Source: Octopus vulgaris (taxonomy: Eukaryota). From it: 64,000 bases of DNA. Below are positions 39,536-51,922 of this stretch, piece after piece. Position 1 is the first letter of the stretch, and every line of letters begins with the position of its first letter. The notes beneath the pieces were generated by a model, which saw only the letters and a list, made by a program, of their open reading frames with translations, had not been told where the DNA came from and ran no database searches. The stretch is taken from NCBI GenBank assembly GCA_951406725.2, contig OX597817.1, positions 156,178,001-156,242,000 on the forward strand, in the 5' to 3' direction. Made by a program: the position numbers and the translations under genes.

Positions 39536-39672
39536 AATATATACATACATACGTACGTACGTACGTACATACGTACATACATACGTGCATACATACATAC
39601 ATACATTATATACACGTTCATATATACATACATGCATACATACATACATACATACATACATACATACATACA
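39268..39672. repeat. (TACA)n/(TACG)n microsatellite
   Basis: Direct array. Confidence 0.95.
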
Positions 39673-39673
39673 T

Positions 39674-40055
39674 GGGCGTGGATGTGTGGTAAGAAGCTTG
39701 CTTCTCAACCACATGGTTCCGGGTTCAGTCCCACTCGTGGAACCTTAGGCAAGTGTCTTCTTCTATAACCACGAGCTGACCAAAGCCTTGTGAGTGGATT
39801 TGGTAGAAAGAAACTGAAAGAAGCCCATCGTGTGTGTGTGTGTGTGTGTGTGTGTGCCCCACGACCGTTTGATAACGGGTGCTGGTCTGTTTACATCGTC
39901 GTCACCTAGCGGTTCGGCAAAAGTAGCCGATAGAATAAGTAGCAGGCTTTTAAAAAATAAGTACCTGGGGTCGATACATGCCACTAAAAATTCTTCAAAG
40001 TGGTGCCCCAGCATGGCTGCAGTCTAATGACTGAGACACGTAATAGATAAAAGAT
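39674..40055 (+). mobile_element. SINE family B (older copy)
   Basis: Diverged match; further old copies at 37441-37750, 40465-40815 and 47840-48135. Confidence 0.8.
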
Positions 40056-40196
40056 ATATCCATTCATTCATTCATTCAAGATTGACTTGTTTATGTTGTC
40101 TAAATGCCGATGAAAGAGTCTTGCTCCTAGGCTAGAAACTGGCTCTTTCTTCATCGCAGAGAAAATCGTTAAACATATGCGTACATACGTGTAGAG

Positions 40197-40368
40197 CAGT
40201 GGTTCCCTACCTTTTCCACTGCCAACGACCCCTTTTATTTAAACGAGTTTTCCCACGGACCCCAGGATATTTAAATATCTGTCAGCTTAACATGTTCACG
40301 GACCCCCCCCCCCTGTACTACCTTTGCGGGCGACCTGGGGTTCGTGGACCACAGGTTGGGAACCACTG
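40197..40368. mobile_element. hAT/Charlie-like MITE
   Basis: TIR CAGTGGTTCCCTACC / GGTTGGGAACCACTG; TSD not preserved. Confidence 0.75.
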
Positions 40369-41033
40369 GTTCAAGCATTAACTGAGCGAATAAGAAGTTC
40401 ATTTCGTAATTGCATGGTTTAGGGTTCGATCCCACAACACGATATTCTGAGCATCTTTACAGGTATGAGTGTGGTTAAGAAGTTCGCTTTGCAACCACAT
40501 GATTTGGGGTTCAGTTCCAATGCGCGGCATCTTCGGAAAGTGTCTTTTACTATAGACTCGGACAGACCAGTGTCTCGTGAATACATTTTGTAAACAGAAA
40601 CCATGTTGAAGCTCAATATGTATATACATAAATGCGCGCATGTGTGTGTGTGTGTGTGTGTTTGTGTTTGCATTAATCTGCGTAAGTTAGCAGTTCAACA
40701 AAAGAGACCGATGAATAAGTCCCAGACTTCAAAACTAAGGGTCGATTTGTTTCGCTAAACATTCAAGGCGGTGCCCTACTATGGCTGCAGTCCAATGACT
40801 GAAACAAGTAAAAGAAAATGATATCTTCAGGTCGAGCCATACTTCATGAACAAAATTTGTAAGATGCTCAGAGGCTATGTGGAAACCCATCGGAGGGGGC
40901 TGTTCCATTTCTTGGATCCAATATACTAAATATGCTGTGAAGGCGCGTGGCTCAGTGGTTAAGGTATTCGGCTCACGATAGTAAGGTCGTGAGTTCGATT
41001 CTTGGCGGAGCATTGTTTCCTTGAGCATGACAC

Positions 41034-41142
41034 GGGCATATGGTGCAGTGGTTAAGAGGTTGCGGGCTGCTAACCCCAAGATTCGGAGTTCGATTCCAAG
41101 CAGTGACCTGAACAATACTACTACTACTACTACTACTACTAC

Positions 41143-41181
<39 letters not shown>

Positions 41182-41203
41182 TAATAATAATATTAATAAT
41201 AAT

Positions 41204-41262
<59 letters not shown>

Positions 41263-41493
41263 TAATAATGATAATAATATTAATAATGATAATAATGATA
41301 ATAATGATAATAACAACAACAACATCGAAAAATACCTTAGGAATAAGAACCCAGGTTCGAAATTTCCCCAAGTCACCTGATGAAGGCTGGAGGGTATATC
41401 AGCCGAAAGGTTAGCAACAAATAAGATGAAGACAAATATCCGCCAAATGTAAATAATGTACATAATTCCTCATGTCTTAAATATAGAACTGTA
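41034..41493 (+). mobile_element. tRNA-headed SINE-like element with (AAT)n spacer and hammerhead-core tail
   Basis: A-box TGGTGCAGTGG, anticodon-like arm GGG-CTGCTAA-CCC, B-box GAGTTCGATTCC; CTGATGA-a-GGCTG..CAGCC-GAAA at 41377-41408; splits a host SINE without a TSD. Confidence 0.75.
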
Positions 41494-41646
41494 TTTTATT
41501 TCATGTTGCTCCAATCCACTCAGCTGGCAAAAATGTGTTGGTCCTGTATTTCAAAGGGCCGATCATATTGCATCCTGTGTCATGCTGAATTTCCGTTAAG
41601 GGTTCACGTGGATTGCTTAACCACTTGAGCGTTAATATCGAGAGTA

Positions 41647-41791
41647 CACTAGTGTAGCTGGGAGTGGGGAGCATTCCTTTCCGGGAGGCACGTTTTAGTC
41701 TGCTTTTAAGCAATATGTGTTTTTCGTAGGGTCCGGGGGTTGGCAAACGGAAGGGCCGCTCCGGGCGGCACACACTCTAGCTACACTAGAG
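41647..41791. mobile_element. hAT-type MITE, same family as 27318-27467
   Basis: TIR CACTAGTGTAGCT/AGCTACACTAGAG; imperfect 8-bp TSD CGAGAGTA/CGGGAGCA. Confidence 0.78.
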
Positions 41792-41863
41792 CGGGAGCAG
41801 ACTGTTTCGTCGATCGAATCAACTGGAACGCTCGTCATCATCACTGACAGAGTGCCAGTTAAG

Positions 41864-41899
<36 letters not shown>

Positions 41900-42174
41900 C
41901 GCCCATTTTAATGTCATTTCCTGGCTCTTTGATGCCTTTATCGGAGTCCACTCTGATGCTGGCATTTTAGCCAGATCTCCGATCGGAGGATAACTTCCTC
42001 CCATCAATCATGAAGTTCCTGAAAGGTCGTGGATGCAGCCCTTTTCCAACTGACTACGCCATTACAAAAACGAAAACCTCGCACAAGATATATGTATGTA
42101 TACATACCGACACAGACACACGCAGTATATACACTCATACGCACCCACATAATTACATGCATACATACATACAT

Positions 42175-42227
<53 letters not shown>

Positions 42228-42727
42228 GAACAGTGTGTGCACAACGTGGTGTGTGTAGGATGTACGGACGATACAAATCGGCCCAAACCAACACTACACG
42301 CTACTGATATACACGTAGGCACTCGTGCATACACGCACACACACACACACACGGCAGCCTTGATAAGGTTAGTTACATTCAAGGACTCAATACAGAAATT
42401 TATTACCAATTCCTCCTCATCATCATCAAATTGTGAGTCTACACTTTTGGTTTTATGACATCGGCGGGAATACAGTCCAGTAATTGGCTGTTGAGCATTA
42501 ATGCATCTGTGGTTGGTCTTGTGAGATACATCTATGTTGAGTGAACTGGAGCAACGTGAAATAAAGTGGCTTGCTCAGGAACACAACACACAGCCCTGTC
42601 CGGGAATCGAACTCACTACCTCATGATTGAGCCCGACGCTCTAACCACTGAGCCATGCGTCTTCACCGACCTATTACCCTAACAATACATTCACACACGC
42701 ACACACGTATGTGTGTGTATTATATAT

Positions 42728-42959
42728 ATTTCTTTATTACCCACAAGGGGCTAAACACAGAGGGGACAAACAAGGACAGACAAACGGATTAAGTCGATTA
42801 TATCGACCCCAGTGCGTAACTAGTACTTAATTTATCGACCCCGAAAGGATGAAAGGCAAAGTCGACCTCGGCGGAATTTGAACTCACAACGTAACGGCAG
42901 ACGAAATACGGCTACGCATTTCGCCCGGCGTGCTAACGATTCTGCCAGCTCGCCGCCTT
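42728..42959 (-). mobile_element. SINE family C
   Basis: Full copy; TSD TATGTGTGTGTATTATATAT. Confidence 0.92.
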
Positions 42960-42996
42960 ATGTGTGTGTATTATATATGTAAGTATTCGTGTCTGT

Positions 42997-43061
<65 letters not shown>

Positions 43062-43329
43062 AAAAGTAAGGTCATCTTGGAATTGCTTTACGCGGTTTCA
43101 TTCATCACTCATCTGTAGAAATGAGTTGCGACGTCACTAATGCCAAGCTTTATCGGCCATTGCCTTTCTCTTGGATAACATTGGTCGCGTGGAGAAGGGA
43201 AACTGGTATGCATGGGTGACTGCTGTTCTTCCATAAACAACATTGCCTGGAATTGTGCCTCGAATGGTGACTTTCTAGGTGCAATCCCATGGTCAGTTAT
43301 GACTGAATGGGATCCTTCCTTCTTCTATG

Positions 43330-44110
43330 TTGAAACTTTCCGTCTAAATACTTCACTTATGACATCGATGGATTCGCCATATATTTATCCAGTTACATGT
43401 CCCACGACCATATCACAACACATCATTTTGTACAGTTCCATCATAAATTTGAGAAGTCGTCACGTCGAGAATTCATGCTACTAAAACTTTTAAATTTTAC
43501 ACATATCTCCACATATATCTAAAATGGCAGTAGCTTGATGCCTGACTCGATGATATTACATTTGAGCTTTTTGGAATTGCATTCACTGTTTGATGGAATG
43601 TTCCTCAGAGAAGGATATTTTTGCCTCCTAATGCTTTGTCATTCCCAATTATCTCCATTAGAAGCGTGGTATACAATTTGAGAGCCTTTGAGGACAGCAC
43701 GGACGCTCGTTAACAATGAGCAGGAAAGCTGAAGAGTTAGCACGACTACAGTTTGAGGAAATAGGATAGAAATAGAACGTATAAATCCGCCATGTGTTGT
43801 TCGTTCGCCACACAAATCTGTTGCTTTTTCAATGGCTACAAATAGAGCAGTTTTACCTCTGCCTGAAGCAACCAATTAAAATATTGCGCAATCTATATCC
43901 TCTTGGTTCATTTTATTGAAAATAATCTGCGATCAGTTCTATTAACTTTAAAGCACAGTGATAAAACATTCAAATATTTCTCGTCTAAAATTCGTACTTC
44001 TGACTCGATTCTTGTTTCAGCTTCATCTGGTCCGTGTGATTCTTTTTCATGAATGAAATCGCTCAAAGCAATTCCAAGATAACGCGTGCCACCTGAACTT
44101 ACTTTTACAA
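43330..44110 (-). pseudogene. Decayed Helitron PIF1-family helicase fragment
   Basis: Colinear motifs GRGKT (Walker A), ATDLCGERTTHGGF, LLIVNE, LLMEIIGNDKALGGKNILL*GTFHQ and NIIESGIK; stops and frameshifts. Confidence 0.78.
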
Positions 44111-44199
44111 TACACACATACACAACACAACACAACACAACACAGCATATACACAAACACACAAAACGCGCACACACAACATATCTACATATATAATAC

Positions 44200-44585
44200 A
44201 CAGGAGTGGCTGTGTGGTAAGTAGCTTGCTAACCAACCACATGGTTGCGGGTTCAGTCCCACTGCGTGGCATCTTGGGCAAGTGTCTTCTGCTTTAGCCC
44301 CGGGCCGACCAATGCCTTGTGAGTGGATTTGGTAGACGGAAACTGAAAGAAGCCTGTCGTATATATGTATATATATATATATGTGTATGTGTGTGTGTTT
44401 GTGTGTCTGTGTTTGTCCCCCTAGCATTGCTTGACAACCGATGCTGGTGTTTTTACGTCCCTGTCCACTCAGTGGTTCGGCAAAAGAGACTGATAGAATA
44501 AGTACTGGGCTTACAAAGAATAAGTCTCGGGGTCGAGTTGCTCGACTAAAGGCGGTGCTCCAGTCAAATGACTGAAACAAAAGAG
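44200..44585 (+). mobile_element. SINE family B
   Basis: Sequence match to other copies. Confidence 0.9.
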
Positions 44586-44758
44586 TATACATACGTATGT
44601 GCGTGTGTGGTTGGGGTAATAGGTCGGTGCAGTCATGTGGAACCTAAGCAATGAATAGGTTTGTAAATATAAGCAAACGAACAAATGAATGAACAAATCA
44701 TAAAATAATTGGCAACATGAAACCTAGTTGCCGTATAAGTTTCGTTGCTTATTTTATA

Positions 44759-45148
44759 CTAGCAGTATCACCCGGCGTTGCTCGGGTTTGTAAGGGAAAT
44801 AACTATATAAGCATTTTTAGAGAGTTATAGCAAAAAAATAGCAAAAGAATGCATTAAAAATGGAAAAAAAATTTTTTTTTAAATCGTTGACTCATCGTAG
44901 ACATTTTTAGAGAGTTACTTCCCTTATATAATAGCGAAAAAATGCATTAAAAATGGAAAAAAAATTATGGTAAATTATTTTTAAAATCGTAGACTCATCG
45001 TAGACGCGCGCTAATACCCAGAAGGGCTCGATATGAATCACGACTATAAGATACCCGGTTTTGGTTAAACTGCACCGCAAAATGTGGGAGTAGTTAGGAA
45101 TCTAAATCGTAGGAGACAGACACACAACTTCTCTTTTATATATAAAGA
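44759..45148 (-). mobile_element. Non-autonomous Helitron
   Basis: Reverse-complement copy of 8676-9072; TC start, hairpin-CTAG end. Confidence 0.85.
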
Positions 45149-45382
45149 TAAAGATATCAGACAGACTTTTGTTCTCATCGATGAATTGGGAGTCATATAC
45201 CTTTGTTGTTCGGGACACGTATTCAGCTCTGTAACAGGTTGAGATTTGCTTTCTGCTTTCTAATGATTTTCACCTTTGCAATACACCCTTCATTTTTGTG
45301 TATGAGATTACTGCACTTGCTGATGTGGTCTTGTGTGTACTTATTTGATGTGTCCTATGTAGCAGTTGCAATATTACGTTGA

Positions 45383-45778
45383 CTAGCAGTATCGCCCGGC
45401 GTTGCTCGGGTTTGTTTCGACCCTTTAGTATTGGAATTTTTGAAAAGTAAAAATTTTGCATTATGTAGCTTGTTATTCTTTTTAAGTGAACATTTTTCTG
45501 GTTGAAATACACCGAAAAATGGCGACACAACAGTCAAAAAAATCGTAAAAAATAGGGATTTTCATAGAAAAAAAAGCACCTTTTTGATGTAAATAATTTT
45601 TGGTGTTAACATGGTCCGATTTGATTTTTTTTTCTTCTACGGAAGGAAGAGCAAGCCTTCTTCTGTCATACTCTCAATTTTGGTCAACTTGCGCCGCAGG
45701 GTCTCAGAGGAGATAGTGTTAGTTGAAGGCAACCAAACCTGCCATACACAGACAGCTTCAGCTTTATATATAGAGAGA
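45383..45778 (-). mobile_element. Non-autonomous Helitron, second subfamily
   Basis: Same 3' hairpin-CTAG end and TC..TATATATAAA start, but a different interior. Confidence 0.8.
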
Positions 45779-46069
45779 TTTGTAAACTACATTGGATTAC
45801 ATTCATACTGATCGTGTGCTCCTTTGGCGCGACATTCAGATGCAGTCAATCTCAGGATTGCTGGAGCATATTTATTTAGAAGCAGCAACCAACTTTAAAC
45901 TGAAGGAGAAGGGCAACGTATATGGAAATACATGTTCAGTTTCCCCGAGCAACAATGGTGTCTAAAGTTTCCGGCTCCCGGTTTATCGATAAAAACAGAA
46001 ATCTGGTGACGAGTTACAAACTGGAAAAAACTCGAGGAATAAAGTGAATAAGTAATAAGGTTTTATATC

Positions 46070-46842
46070 TATTTCTTTACTACCCACAAGGGGCTAAACA
46101 CAGAGAGGACAAACAAGGACAGACAAACGGATTAAGTCGATTACATTGACCCTAGTGCGTAACTGGTATTTAATTTATCGACCCCGAAAGGATGAAAGGC
46201 AAAGTCGACCTTGGCGGAATTTGAACTCAGAACGTAGCAGCAGACGAAATACCTATTTCTTTACTACCCACAAGGGGCTAAACACAGAGGGGACAAACAA
46301 GGACAAACAAACGGATTAAGTCGATTACATTGACCCCAGTGCGTAACTGGTACTTAATTTATCGACCCCGAAAGGATGAAAGGCAAAGTCGACCTCGGCG
46401 GAATTTGAACTCAGAACGTAAAGACGGACAAAATACCTATTTCTTTATTACCCACAAGGGGCTAAACACAGAGGGAACAAGCAAGGACAGACAAACGGAT
46501 TAAGTCGATTACATTGACCCCAGTGCGTAACTGGTACTTAATTTATCGACCCCGAAAGGATGAAAGGCAAAGTCGACCTCGGCGGAATTTGAACTCAGAA
46601 CGTAAAGACGGACAAAATACCTATTTCTTTATTACCCACAAGGGGCTAAACACAGAGGGGACAAGCAAGGACAGACAAACGGATTAAGTCGATTACATTG
46701 ACCCCAGTGCGTAACTGGTACTTAATTTATCGACCCCGAAAGGATGAAAGGCAAAGTCGACCTCGGCGGAATTTGAACTCAGAACGAAATACGGCTACGC
46801 ATTTCGCCCGGCGTGCTAACGATTCTGCCAGCTCGCCGCCTT
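46070..46842 (-). mobile_element. SINE family C, one head plus four bodies
   Basis: Exact 184-bp period (46069, 46253, 46437, 46621); 22-bp TSD ATAAGTAATAAGGTTTTATATC. Confidence 0.93.
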
Positions 46843-47497
46843 CATAAGTAATAAGGTTTTATATCAGCAACAAAACTTTTCGGCGCCATTTATTTTACTG
46901 CTTGCTCATTCATTCGTTCTCTTGCCAAAACATTCAGCCATTTGCTTGTTATCGTTATTAGCCCAATGGAAGGCAGCAAACTTGGAGAAACGGTAGCACG
47001 CCGGGCAAAATGCTTAGTGGCATTTCATCCGTCTTTACGTTCTGGGTTCCAATTCAACCGGGGTCGATTTTGCCTTTCATTATATTGCGGTTGATAAAAT
47101 AAGCACCAGTTGAGCATTGAGTCGATGTAATCGACCTACCCTCGCCCGAAATTGCTGGCCTAGTACTAAAATTTGAAACCATTACTAGCCTAATAGAAGG
47201 CGTCGAGCTGGACAAATCGTTAGAATATAGAAGGGGAAAATGTTTTAAAATATTTGTTCTGATTCTTTACATTCTGAGTTCAAATCCCGCCTTTCACTCT
47301 TTAGGGGTCGATAAAATCGAAAGTACCGAAGTCGTTTCTATCTCAAATTCTATAGTGTGGTGTCTCAAATGTACGTATAGTTCTCTTGGGGTGGATTATC
47401 ATATTGCTGTTGTGTTGGCATGTTACAGTACTAAATTCATCACCTCAAAATTGCTGGCCTTGTGCCTAAATTAGGGACACCTAATTAATCTAAACGA

Positions 47498-47730
47498 AGG
47501 CGGCGAGCTGGCAGAATCGTTAGCACGCCGGGCAAAATGCTAAGCGGTATTTCGTCTGCCGCTACATTCCGAGTTCAAATTCCGCCGAGTCGACTTTGCC
47601 TTTCATCCTTTCGGGGTCGATTAAATAAGTACCAGTTACGCACTGGGGTCGATGGAATCGACTTAATCCGTTTGTCTGTCCTTGCTTGTCCCCTCTGTGT
47701 TTGGCCCCTTGTGGGTAGTAAAGAAATAGG
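47498..47730 (+). mobile_element. SINE family C
   Basis: Full copy; older relatives at 46968-47330. Confidence 0.88.
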
Positions 47731-49011
47731 TGGGTTGGCAAAATCGTTAAGGCATCGGGGAAAAGTGCCGAGCAGTATTTGTCCCTGTTCTTTATATTCT
47801 TAGGAGAAAAACCACTGTGGTCATTTTATTGCTTTATTCTTTTACCTGTTTCACTCATTAGACTGCAGCCATGCTGGGGCACCGTCTTGAAGAATTTTAA
47901 TTGAACGAATCGATCCTAGTACAATATTTTAAGCCTGATGTCTATTCTATCGGTCACTTTTACCGAGCTGCTAAGTTACAGGGACATAAACACACCAACA
48001 CCGGTTGTCAAGCGGTGATGGGAGACACACACGCACACACACACATACGACAGGTTTCTTTTAGTTTCCGTCGACTAAATCCACTCACAAGGCTTTGGCC
48101 GGTTCGAGGTAATAGTACGTGACACTTGCCCAAAGAGTCGTTCAATAAAATGCCAGTCAAACACCTTAGTCGATTAAAACCCTTCCACTCAAAATGCTTG
48201 GCCTTGTGGCGAATCAGAAAGCATAGCCAACGCTTGCGTCCCACGTAACTTCACCAATGAAGTTTCATCAAAACTGGAAATGACTTAACTACGTCGAGGT
48301 AGTGATACTTAGCTTTCTAAATGTAAATTTGTATCCTTAAGAGTCGGTTTACGTAAAGGCTAGAAATATGTATTCTTGCTTTAGAATTAATATATTCATA
48401 TATTCTGCAGTAAGCTACTTAAATTTTTCTCACGTCTATGTTATCTCAGTGATAATGGCATAAGAACAGAACCTGTATTTACAATCACACACACACACAT
48501 ATATATATATATACACACATACACACACACATGTAGACAATGAAGCCCTTTAGGAATGATAAAGAAAAGAAATCTAACGTGCCGTTTCAATAGGAAACCA
48601 TTTCAATGATAAACCGTTTCTATAGGACTGTATTTCATAGAAAACTAAATATGTGGAACTATTGTTTTCTGCGTTCACGTTAATGGGTCAGCTGATCTAG
48701 AAGAACAAATCCTTTATTGTGAATTAGCGGCCAAGATTTTCAATGTGAGGTTAAAATAAACCTGATAGGACCAATTTGAAATATAAATGAGGAACAAGCC
48801 ACTGGCGAGGTCCGAACTATGTATCATGAAAAGTCGGGCGTAAATATGTATATAATAAAAGAACAGAAACTCAATTTTATAATTTGAGGTAGAGGAATTG
48901 ACAGGCGCTTTGTGCAGTAATCAATAGATACGTCGTTCGGATCCGGTTGGTGAACCTATTTCTCTTTGCTATCTCAAATTCTATATTGTGTTGTGTCTTA
49001 AATGTATGTAT

Positions 49012-50200
49012 GGAGGCGCAGTGGCCCAGTGGTTAGGGCAGCGGACACGCGGTCGTAGGATCGCGGTTTCGATTCCCAGACCGGGTGCTGTGAGTGTTTA
49101 TTGAGCGAAAACACCTAAAGCTCCACGAGGCTCTGGCAGGGGATGGTGGTGATCCCTGCTGTACTCTTTCACCACAACTTTCTCTCACTCTTACTTCCTG
49201 TTTCTGTTGTACCTGTATTTCAAAGGGCCGGCCTTGTCACTCTCTGTGTCACGCTGAATATCCCCGAGAACTACGTTAAGGGTACACGTGTCTGTGGAGT
49301 GCCCAACCACTTAAACGTTAATTTCACGAGCAGGCTGTTCCGTTGATTCGGATCAACCGGAACCCTCATCGTCGTAACCGACGGAGTGCTTCCCTCCCCT
49401 TAAATGTATGTATAGTTCTCTTGTGAAGGTGCATGGCTCATTAGTTTGAGCAACGAGCTCACAATCATGAGTTAGAGAGTTCGATTCCTAGACCGGGCTT
49501 AGTGTTGTTGTCTTTGAGCAAGACACTTTATTTCACATTGCTCCAGTTCACTCCGCTGTAGAAATGAGTTGCGACGTTACTTGGTGCCAAACTGTATCGA
49601 CCTTTGCTTTTCCCTCGGATAAAATAGGTGGCGTGGATACAGGATGCTGGTATGCATGGGCAATTGCTGGACTTCTATAAACAACGTTGCCCGGAGTTGT
49701 GCCTTGAGGGGTAACTTTTCAGGTGCAATCCCATTCATGACCGAAGTCGGGGGGAAGTCTTTACCCTTTTTTTAGTGTCTTAAATGTATGTATAGTTCTC
49801 ATGTGATGGATTATCATATTGGTGTAGCTTGGAGGCGCAATGGCCCAGTGGTTAGGGCAGCGGACTCGCGGTCATAGGATCGCGGTTTCGATTCCCAGAC
49901 CAGGCGTTGTGAGTGTTTATTGAGCGAAAACACCTAAAGCTCCACGAGGCTCCGGCAGGGGATGGTGGTGAACCCTGTTGTACTCTTTCACCACAACTTT
50001 CTCTCAATCTTACTTCCTGTTTCTGTTGTACCTGTATTTCAAAGGGCCGGCCTTGTCACTCTCTGTGTCACGCTGAATATCCCCGAGAACTACGTTAAGG
50101 GTACACGTGTCTGTGGAGTGCTCAGCCACTTACACGTTAATTTCACGAGCAGGCTGTTCCGTTGATTCCGTTGATTTGTAACTGACGGAGTGCTTCTCTC
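49012..50200 (+). mobile_element. Cluster of three SINEs (A 49012-49393, D 49425-49770, A 49831-50196)
   Basis: Each has its own TSD. Confidence 0.92.
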
Positions 50201-50390
50201 TAAGATTGGTGTAGCTATGCTGTTATGTTAGCATGTTATTGCGCTGAACCTCACTCATGGTTATACTTCTACTGTCAGAACTAAGTCGGACCGTTACACT
50301 GAAAAGCGTGTTTGATGTTCTTGTTTATTGAACCAAAGCAGATACCGTGTGAGATGTCTCAGTTGTGTGCGTGTACGTGAGAGCGAGAGA

Positions 50391-51147
50391 GAGTGAGTGA
50401 GTGAGTGAGTGAGTGAGTGAGTGAGTGAGTGAGTGAGTGTGTGAGTGAGTGGGTGGGTGGGTGGGTGAGTGAGTGAGTGAGTGGGTGGGTGAGTGAGTGA
50501 GTGAGTGAGTGAGTGGGTGAGTGAGTGAGTGAGTGAGTGAGTGAGTGGTGGGTGAGTGAGTGAGTGAGTGAGTGAGTGAGTGAGTGAGTGGGTGAGTGAG
50601 TGAGTGAGTAAGTGGGTGGGTGAGTGAGTGAGTAAGTAAGTGAGAGAGTTTTGGGTGAGTGGGTGGGTGGGTAAGTGAGTGGGTGGGTGGGTGAGTGGGT
50701 GGGTGAGTAGGTGAGTGAGTGGGTGGGTGGGTGAGTGGGTTGGTAAGTGAGTGAGTGGGTGGGTGGGTGAGTGAGTGAGTGAGTGAGTGAGTGAGTAAGT
50801 GAGTGAGTGAGTGAGTGGGTGAGTGAGTGAGTGAGTGAGTGAGTGAGTGGGTGGGTGAGTGAGTGAGTGAGTGAGTGAGTGAGTGAGTGAGTGAGTGAGT
50901 GGGTGCGTGAGTGAGTGAGTGAGTGGGTGGGTGAGTGAGTGGGTGGGTGAGTGGGTGGGTGGGTGAGTGAGTGAGTGAGTGAGTGAGTGAGTGAGTGAGT
51001 GAGTGAGTGAGTGAGTGAGTGAGTGAGTGAGTGAGTGAGTGAGTGAGTGAGTGAGTGAGTGGGTGAGTGAGTGAGTGAGTGAGTGAGTGAGTGAGTGAGT
51101 GAGTGAGTGAGTGAGTGAGTGGGTGAGTGAGTGGATGGGTGGGTGGG
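50391..51147. repeat. (GAGT)n/(GGGT)n array of about 750 bp
   Basis: Direct array; the 301-aa THSL ORF is its translation. Confidence 0.97.
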
Positions 51148-51224
51148 AATGAAATGTAATATCTGCATAGAAGGATATGTGGCTAGAAATAACAACGAAT
51201 AGGTAATTAATAAATAGAGGTTAG

Positions 51225-51460
51225 TGTCAAGACATGACAGCACGGATTCTTCAAGCCGAGCCAATCAGCAGGAGACCTAGAGGTAAACCAAGAACGAGAT
51301 GGTTGGATTATATTCACAATCTCAGTTGGCCCCACTAGGGAATCAAGCTAGAAATTGTAATGATAAATATTTCTGGTAGGACCCTACTCTACCTGATACT
51401 CTAACCCCTCCCCCCACGACCCTCTCAGGAATAGTAGGCGGAGAAGATGGGTGGATAGAT
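51225..51460 (+). mobile_element. Decayed RTE LINE 3' end
   Basis: ARILQAEPISRRPRGKPRTRWLDYI is the RTE C-terminal RPRGRP..RW.D motif. Confidence 0.78.
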
Positions 51461-51541
51461 CGGCAAATTAATTCGTAACATATTGAGTTGATTGAATGTG
51501 AATCACCGTGTGTTTTGTTGGCGCATGTTATGATAAACCGG

Positions 51542-51922
51542 GGAGACGCAATGGCCCAGTGGGTTAGGGCAGCGGACTCGCGGTCGTAGGATCGCGGTTT
51601 CGATTCCCAGACCGGGCGTTGTGAGTGTTTATTGAGCAAAAACGCCTAAAGCTCCACGAGGCTCCGGCAGGGGATGGTGGTGATCCCTGCTGTACTCTTT
51701 CACCACAACTTTCTCTCACTCTTACTTCCTGTTTCTGTTGTACCTGTATTTCAAAGGGCCGGCCTTGTCACTCTCTGTGTCACGCTGAATATCCCCGAGA
51801 ACTACGTTAAGGGTACACATCTCTGTGGAGTGCTCAGCCACTTACACGTTAATTTCACGAGCAGGCTGTTCCGTTGATCGGATCAACCGGAACTCTCATC
51901 GTCGTAACCGACGGAGTGCTTC
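51542..51922 (+). mobile_element. SINE family A
   Basis: Full copy; TSD TATGATAAACC. Confidence 0.92.

Noticed and set aside
40100-40160. CCGATGA...GAAACTGG hairpin region (similar string at 48335-48375)
   Set aside because: Core mismatched and stem I absent; too degenerate to call.
43825-43875. Ankyrin-like GRGKTALFVAIEK
   Set aside because: Better explained as the Walker A of the decayed PIF1 helicase, given the colinear downstream motifs.
46069-46842. Regular repeats resembling a CRISPR array (also 52782-52998)
   Set aside because: Contiguous SINE or LINE-UTR tandem units with no unique spacers and no cas genes, in eukaryotic DNA.
49012-49090. tRNA genes at SINE heads
   Set aside because: A/B boxes are present but there is no complete cloverleaf, and each continues into a SINE body.
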